NCBI GenBank assembly: GCA_016933055.1
Contig: JAFGBS010000027.1
Coordinates: 90,001-122,000 of the forward strand
Length of the DNA stretch: 32,000 nt
Origin: Promethearchaeota archaeon
Lineage (GTDB): Archaea > Asgardarchaeota > Lokiarchaeia > Sigyniarchaeales > Promethearchaeaceae
Direction of reading: 5' to 3'
Made by a program: the position numbers and the translations under genes. Positions within the stretch are counted from its first letter, which is position 1; each line of letters starts with the position of its first letter. Shown here piece after piece: positions 26,973 to 32,000 of the stretch. The notes under the pieces are model-generated. The model saw only the letters and a list, made by a program, of their open reading frames with translations. It was not told where the DNA came from and did not search any database.

Positions 26973-27923
26973 TTATTTTTTTAATGCATCTATAAGGGTA
27001 TAGAATGTAGTTTGGATATTACTTTTTATTGTTGGATCGATATCATTGAAAGATCCCTCGTGAAATTTTACTTTTCCCTCCTCAATATGGAATTTAGCTA
27101 TCGGACCATCCATATATTCAATACTGACGGTTTTTTCATCAAGACGCGATACCCAAATATCTTTAAAGTGAGAAAGTATAGCCATAACCACGCATCCTTT
27201 TTGCACCGATTCCATCGGGTCCTTAATTATGAAAAGTGGTGCAGGTTCAGGAACTGCATCATCATCTGCATACTCTGAAGCAATTATTGGGGGTTCTTCT
27301 ACCGTTAATTCTTGTTCTTCTTTAGTTTCAAGAGGATCAGTCTTAGGGATTGGTGTAGGATCTATGAAAGGAACACTGACAGGGGGTTCAGGGAAGGATT
27401 CAGGTTCTGATGTAACTTCGTGTGCTGATGCTCCTTGTGAGGAAGCAGAAATTTGTGTCGCAGTAGATTTCGGTTCAACAATAGGCACTTCAATAGGTTG
27501 TGCTTGTTCAAAATGTTCCTCTATCGGAAGAGGTTCACTGGGACCTCCGAATGTGATGACAAATCCTCCTGCATCAGTCACTGATCGGGACAGTAATTCC
27601 ATAAATTTATTATTCAATTCATCGGTTTCAGAGTCTCTCCCAATTTTTCGCTCATCTATCTCATAAATAGTATCTAATCCCCTGCCCACAATCGATTTGC
27701 CAATAGTATATCCATGCCCCTTTAAACTCTGAGCTTGACGAAGTGCAGTTCTTTTGCTCACTAATCCCCGCTTTGCTCCGAACCAGAGCCAAACTGCCAT
27801 ATTCTCCTCATCTAAAACCATTACAATATTTTCTGATTTCAGATTTCCTTTACTCCATTCGACGGGACTACTAACGCCACCATCTTCCACTAAAAACATA
27901 AGTGCGAACGTTCTACTTGTCAT
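26973..27923 (-). CDS. Gelsolin-like domain protein (single gelsolin domain + Pro/Glu-rich linker + unknown C-terminal domain)
   Basis: 'LKSENIVMVLDEENMAVWLWFGAK......RTALRQAQSL' fits the gelsolin core L.S.(D/N)..(I/V)LD.....(I/V)(W/Y).W.G. Start placed at ATG 27923 to avoid overlap with the upstream gene. Confidence 0.7.
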   Translation of the reverse strand: MTSRTFALMFLVEDGGVSSPVEWSKGNLKSENIVMVLDEENMAVWLWFGAKRGLVSKRTALRQAQSLKGHGYTIGKSIVGRGLDTIYEIDERKIGRDSETDELNNKFMELLSRSVTDAGGFVITFGGPSEPLPIEEHFEQAQPIEVPIVEPKSTATQISASSQGASAHEVTSEPESFPEPPVSVPFIDPTPIPKTDPLETKEEQELTVEEPPIIASEYADDDAVPEPAPLFIIKDPMESVQKGCVVMAILSHFKDIWVSRLDEKTVSIEYMDGPIAKFHIEEGKVKFHEGSFNDIDPTIKSNIQTTFYTLIDALKK

Positions 27924-27957
27924 TATAGGGAAAAAAAGATCGTGAAAACCTAAATTA

Positions 27958-28506
27958 TTACTGATCAAATGGCATGTACGCAATAAGAGAATAAATTTTG
28001 AAACTAAGAAACTCAAGAAATTCGCTAGGAATATCTAACTGTTTAATCAATTCTAAACACACATTCGCAAAATCCACCACACTACCGCAAAAGCGGGAAA
28101 ATCGGGTTCTAACAGATAAAGGTTCGAAATCTTCGAATTTAATCTGGATATCTAAGACATCATCATTCAGTTTAGAAAATATCCATATCGATTCCTTTTT
28201 AAAACCAATTTGATTAAATAAATCTAATCTTCTCATCGATTTTCCAATCTCTAAATTGTATAGATCTTGGACAACATCAATTATCCGATCAATAAAGTCG
28301 ATCACATCAACTTTTCGCACAATGTAGCTTTCCAGTGTTGATTTTCTTATCGTTTTGGATACGTCCTCAAAAAAAACAAACTCAATAATCAAATCACTAA
28401 TAAAAAGTTGCTCTAGATCCTCGATTTCACTCGCTGAATGATACTTAGGAATCGAGTTAAAATTGAAGTTTACACGGGTATAGTAATCCTGATAGCTTTT
28501 AGTCAT
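27958..28506 (-). CDS. Hypothetical protein (182 aa)
   Basis: ATG ORF co-oriented with the gelsolin-like gene and 34 nt upstream of it; no recognised motif. Confidence 0.65.
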   Translation of the reverse strand: MTKSYQDYYTRVNFNFNSIPKYHSASEIEDLEQLFISDLIIEFVFFEDVSKTIRKSTLESYIVRKVDVIDFIDRIIDVVQDLYNLEIGKSMRRLDLFNQIGFKKESIWIFSKLNDDVLDIQIKFEDFEPLSVRTRFSRFCGSVVDFANVCLELIKQLDIPSEFLEFLSFKIYSLIAYMPFDQ

Positions 28507-28751
28507 AAGGGATCTGATCTCAGTGTTCTCTAAAGCAGTGGATAATTAAAATAAAGAATGTTGATCTCAACCTAAACATGTTTGGTTGATGAATTGGATG
28601 ATTGGGAGAATTCCAAAGTTTATTTATAACAGAAATTATATCATCTGGATATATTATCTGGATATACATTGTTAGAAAATTATGCGCATGCAATTCAATA
28701 GGGTCGTAAAAGATAGATCGATTTTTATGTTCCAATAATTGTATATGTTGT

Positions 28752-30137
28752 ATGGGTGATCTCATTCAAAATAATATATTTATAGTCATTCCCTCATGGC
28801 AGAAACTCCTTGATTATCCGACTCTAGGATGTTATATTGACCATAATCAAATTGTCTCGAACATTTTATCCGACCCAATTATTTTTTTTGGAGGTCTAGA
28901 AGCCACTAAGAAGGTGGAAGATCAATTTCTACACTTTATCTTTGGAGTTGGTTATTATTATGTGAAATTCGAATTAGAAGATGGAGGTCGATACATATTA
29001 GACAATAGATTAATATCAGGATTAATTTTATCTGATTTTGTTTATGATAAATTAGTGACGGCTAAATCAACGGCATTTCAAAATTCACATGATCTTATAG
29101 CTAATGAGTACATCTTCAAAGTTCCCATCAATTTGGCAGACAAAACAAATACACAACGAACCTTTATTGATGGTACTTTAATGCGTCAAATATTCATCCC
29201 CTATAAAGAAGTAATTATGGAGATGATGAAAAAGGTGCAATCCGATGAAAAATTCCCTGTCCATTCTGTTTTATGTGCGACTTATGATAAGTTTGACCAA
29301 ATCTTACTGGGAGTTCGCTTAAATCCTGTATCCATGAAAGACTATCTTAAACCAATTCCAGGGATTTTACATATTGATTATGGGGCTGAACAACTACTTC
29401 ACCAAGCGTTCACTAACGAAGATATTGGAATGATTCTGAAGATCGTGCAAAATCTCAAAAAAACCTATTCGACTCTTGCATTCAATCCAATCCAATTAAA
29501 TACGTTATTAGAAAATGCATCATTTGCCTTGGAATCGAATTTTCCCAACCCCCGTATACCCCCGGAAAGACCAGCTCAGAGATTAAAAGCATCAATCTTG
29601 TTTACTGCATCAGAAAATGAAAGAATTACGGAATGGCCGAAAAACATTCCGTCATTGGAAAATTATAAACTGGGAATAGATATAAAAAGCGTTGAAAATA
29701 TCGCTTCGAGGATATCAGAAAAACCATATGATGGTCCTCAATTTAAAGAAGTGGATACTAACGATTATCAACTTGGGGGAATGAACTCTGAGGAAGAATT
29801 TAAGTTAAGAGAACTATCACATAAAAGAGTTCCATCCAAACCATTACCATCGATACCAACAAGTAATATTATCGAAATTTTAGAAGTCTTCCGAACAATG
29901 ATAGAGGAGGATTATAGTATTATCGATATTGGAAAATGCCTTGAAATTGCAAGGGACAATATCCGGAAAATAACACTTCATACGGAATTTATGTTCGAAA
30001 TGGGAAAATGGGCTAATATTTACTCTAAGCATGAGCCTAATATCGCATTCAACAAAAAGGAAAAATCTCGATTCCTTGAAATCGTCAACGAATGGATAAA
30101 AATAGCTAAGATATCAAACTATCCAAAAATCGAGTGA
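28752..30137 (+). CDS. Hypothetical protein (461 aa) with Pro-rich linker motifs and a C-terminal helical domain
   Basis: Long uninterrupted ORF containing 'PRIPPERP' and 'RVPSKPLPSIP'; no catalytic motif recognised. Confidence 0.8.
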   Translation: MGDLIQNNIFIVIPSWQKLLDYPTLGCYIDHNQIVSNILSDPIIFFGGLEATKKVEDQFLHFIFGVGYYYVKFELEDGGRYILDNRLISGLILSDFVYDKLVTAKSTAFQNSHDLIANEYIFKVPINLADKTNTQRTFIDGTLMRQIFIPYKEVIMEMMKKVQSDEKFPVHSVLCATYDKFDQILLGVRLNPVSMKDYLKPIPGILHIDYGAEQLLHQAFTNEDIGMILKIVQNLKKTYSTLAFNPIQLNTLLENASFALESNFPNPRIPPERPAQRLKASILFTASENERITEWPKNIPSLENYKLGIDIKSVENIASRISEKPYDGPQFKEVDTNDYQLGGMNSEEEFKLRELSHKRVPSKPLPSIPTSNIIEILEVFRTMIEEDYSIIDIGKCLEIARDNIRKITLHTEFMFEMGKWANIYSKHEPNIAFNKKEKSRFLEIVNEWIKIAKISNYPKIE

Positions 30138-30232
30138 TTTTTGTTTATACTACTACTAAATTCTCCTTGTAAATCTATGTGGGGAACATTCATTAGGTAG
30201 TCTTCAGTGTTTAACATAGGGGATATCAGAAG

Positions 30233-32000
30233 ATGGCAATAGACTGGGATAAATATTCTTTAAAAATAAATGGTGAACGAGTATTTTTAATTGGTGGAGA
30301 ATTTCATTATTGGAGACTCCCAGATAAAGAACGGTGGGATTATATACTAAAATCATATAAAGGTGCAGGACTAAATTGTGTGAGGATCTATTTTCATTGG
30401 GGTTTTCATAATCCGGCAGAGGATGTGTTCATCTTCCATGGAAATCGTGATATAAACTATTTATTGAAGTTATGCGAGGAAATTGGATTATATGTGTTTG
30501 TTGCAGCGGGTCCTTATATTTGTGCGGAAACCAATGCGGGGGGATTTCCCACTTGGATGATTCAAAAGCAAAATGTCCGAGTTCGACATATGAAAAGCAC
30601 GCTCCATCAAGAATACGATCCGAAATATATGGAATATTGTAAAAAATGGTATGAAAAATTTATCCCAGAAATTAAAGCCCATCAATTAACAGAAAATAAT
30701 CCAGACGGTTGTATTATTGGATTTCAAATAGAAAACGAATATCCAGAAAAAGCCTATGGTATTAAAAGCTTACCTAGATACATGGAAGAGTTGAAACAAT
30801 ATGCTGAAGAATTTGGTATAGTAGTCCCAATTTATCACAATGATTTTATCGAATTAGGATCTTGGAATGGATTGGTTGACTTATATGGTTACGATAAATA
30901 TGTTATTTTTGCCGATAAGCATCCAAAATCCCTTCCATTAAAATCATGGTCACCTAAGAGTTTTATGAAAGCGGTTGATTCCTCTGAGAAAAAAATACGT
31001 GAGCTGGGACCCCCTGCTTCTAACGGTCCTCTTTTCATACCAGAACTACAAGGAGGTTGGTATAATCACTGGACGATTCTTTACGGGTATGATGAACTAT
31101 ATACTTATTTTGGACCCACTTATCAGAAAGTCTTATGTCAAAGTTTCTTAGCGCAAGGAGTTACTGCAATGAGTCTTTACATGTTCTACGGTGGAACAAA
31201 TTATGGAAGTATCGGAAATCCGGAAGTCTATACTAGTTATGACTATTCTGCATGTATTCGGGAATATGGATATCAATCAGATCGAATGCGGCATTTTCGC
31301 CTATTTTCCCTATTCACTCGTAGTTTCAATGACTCCCTTACTGAAACTAATCCTATCGATAAAATCGATATTTATTGTTCACAAAAGGATATTCTTTACA
31401 AGCAAAGAAGATCTTTGAATGGCACTGATTTCTATTTCTTCCGCAATTTTAATGAACATAAACAAGAATTTACTATCGAATTAGATGATGGCACCGTGGT
31501 ACCCAAATTGCAGAAACAACATCTAGAGTATAAAGACGGATTTATTGCAGTTGGAAATCACAAACTAAATGAGAACTTCACGATTAAATTTTGCTCACTT
31601 CCGATCATTCTCAAAAGTAAGTTTCGAGATGGAACTTTATTGGTTGTGTACCAGAACGGCGGGGAATTGATATTGGAAGGTACGGGGTTCCGTTCTAAAT
31701 ATATCAATCAAATCGAAGCCGAAAATTTCACTCGATTTTGGTTTGTGAACCGTGGGTATGATACAATCACCTCGGATACTGGTCATAAGCTGTATATTGT
31801 GTGTCTGGATGAAGATCACGCCTTGAGTTTTAATAGTAACTTATCAGATAGTAATTTTCGAGGAATGTGGGGGGCGTACTCATCGTTCTTCCAAAATAAT
31901 GGAAGTGTAGAAATTGAAATCTTCAAGAATGAAGAAACTGTACTTTTATGCGAGAAAGATGAGGTACCTTTATTCCAGTCTACATCATTATATAATATTC
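30233..32000 (+). CDS. Glycoside hydrolase family 35 (beta-galactosidase-like), 3'-truncated by the window edge
   Basis: Manual translation from ATG 30233 is open to the window end: MAIDWDKYSLKINGERVFLIGGEFHYWRLP..., 'GLNCVRIYFHW', 'GPYICAE...GGFPTW', acid/base 'QIENEY', nucleophile 'PELQGGW', 'YMFYGGTNYG', 'TSYDYSA'. It is absent from the ORF track because it has no stop in the window. Confidence 0.93.
   Translation, partial: MAIDWDKYSLKINGERVFLIGGEFHYWRLPDKERWDYILKSYKGAGLNCVRIYFHWGFHNPAEDVFIFHGNRDINYLLKLCEEIGLYVFVAAGPYICAETNAGGFPTWMIQKQNVRVRHMKSTLHQEYDPKYMEYCKKWYEKFIPEIKAHQLTENNPDGCIIGFQIENEYPEKAYGIKSLPRYMEELKQYAEEFGIVVPIYHNDFIELGSWNGLVDLYGYDKYVIFADKHPKSLPLKSWSPKSFMKAVDSSEKKIRELGPPASNGPLFIPELQGGWYNHWTILYGYDELYTYFGPTYQKVLCQSFLAQGVTAMSLYMFYGGTNYGSIGNPEVYTSYDYSACIREYGYQSDRMRHFRLFSLFTRSFNDSLTETNPIDKIDIYCSQKDILYKQRRSLNGTDFYFFRNFNEHKQEFTIELDDGTVVPKLQKQHLEYKDGFIAVGNHKLNENFTIKFCSLPIILKSKFRDGTLLVVYQNGGELILEGTGFRSKYINQIEAENFTRFWFVNRGYDTITSDTGHKLYIVCLDEDHALSFNSNLSDSNFRGMWGAYSSFFQNNGSVEIEIFKNEETVLLCEKDEVPLFQSTSLYNI

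Noticed and set aside
28520-28765. 81-aa minus-strand ORF in the divergent gap
   Set aside because: It overlaps the start of the 461-aa gene, leaves no promoter space and has no motif.
1-32000. CRISPR array, rRNA, tRNA, or transposase/integrase genes
   Set aside because: No regularly spaced repeats, rRNA/tRNA folds or recombinase/transposase motifs were seen on either strand.

Overview
AT-rich (roughly one-third GC, estimated by eye), gene-dense archaeal chromosome segment that most resembles an Asgard archaeon (Lokiarchaeia/Promethearchaeota). The taxonomic call is an inference from four things: an archaeal AMP phosphorylase and ATP-dependent DNA ligase, a NIP7 + Nop2/NSUN pair, a surface protein ending in an IPGY-TM-basic 'Loki-CTERM'-type tail, and a gelsolin-like domain protein. 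About 28 coding regions are supported. In order they are: pirin (5'-truncated); a NIP7-Nop2-CYTH run; an antisense orphan hypC; metallophosphoesterase-HD-sulfatase-acyltransferase; VOC and GGR-like oxidoreductase; SagB nitroreductase fused to TPRs; PLP aminotransferase; LVIVD surface protein; a TIM-barrel isomerase fused to a Cgl0159-like aldolase; a SNAP-like solenoid + Ig-fold protein; AMP phosphorylase; DUF1624 membrane protein; DNA ligase; gelsolin-like protein; several orphans; and a GH35 glycosidase that runs off the 3' end and is missing from the ORF track. No rRNA, tRNA, CRISPR array or transposase gene is supported. The best leads are the cytosolic solenoid+Ig protein (20.9-22.2 kb), the gelsolin-X locus (27-30 kb), a 130-nt GC-rich self-complementary element between convergent genes (10.1 kb), twin TGTGT-loop hairpins upstream of the isomerase-aldolase fusion (17.3 kb), and the zero-gap in-frame NIP7-UGA-Nop2 junction. 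All family assignments come from motif recognition by eye; no searches were run.
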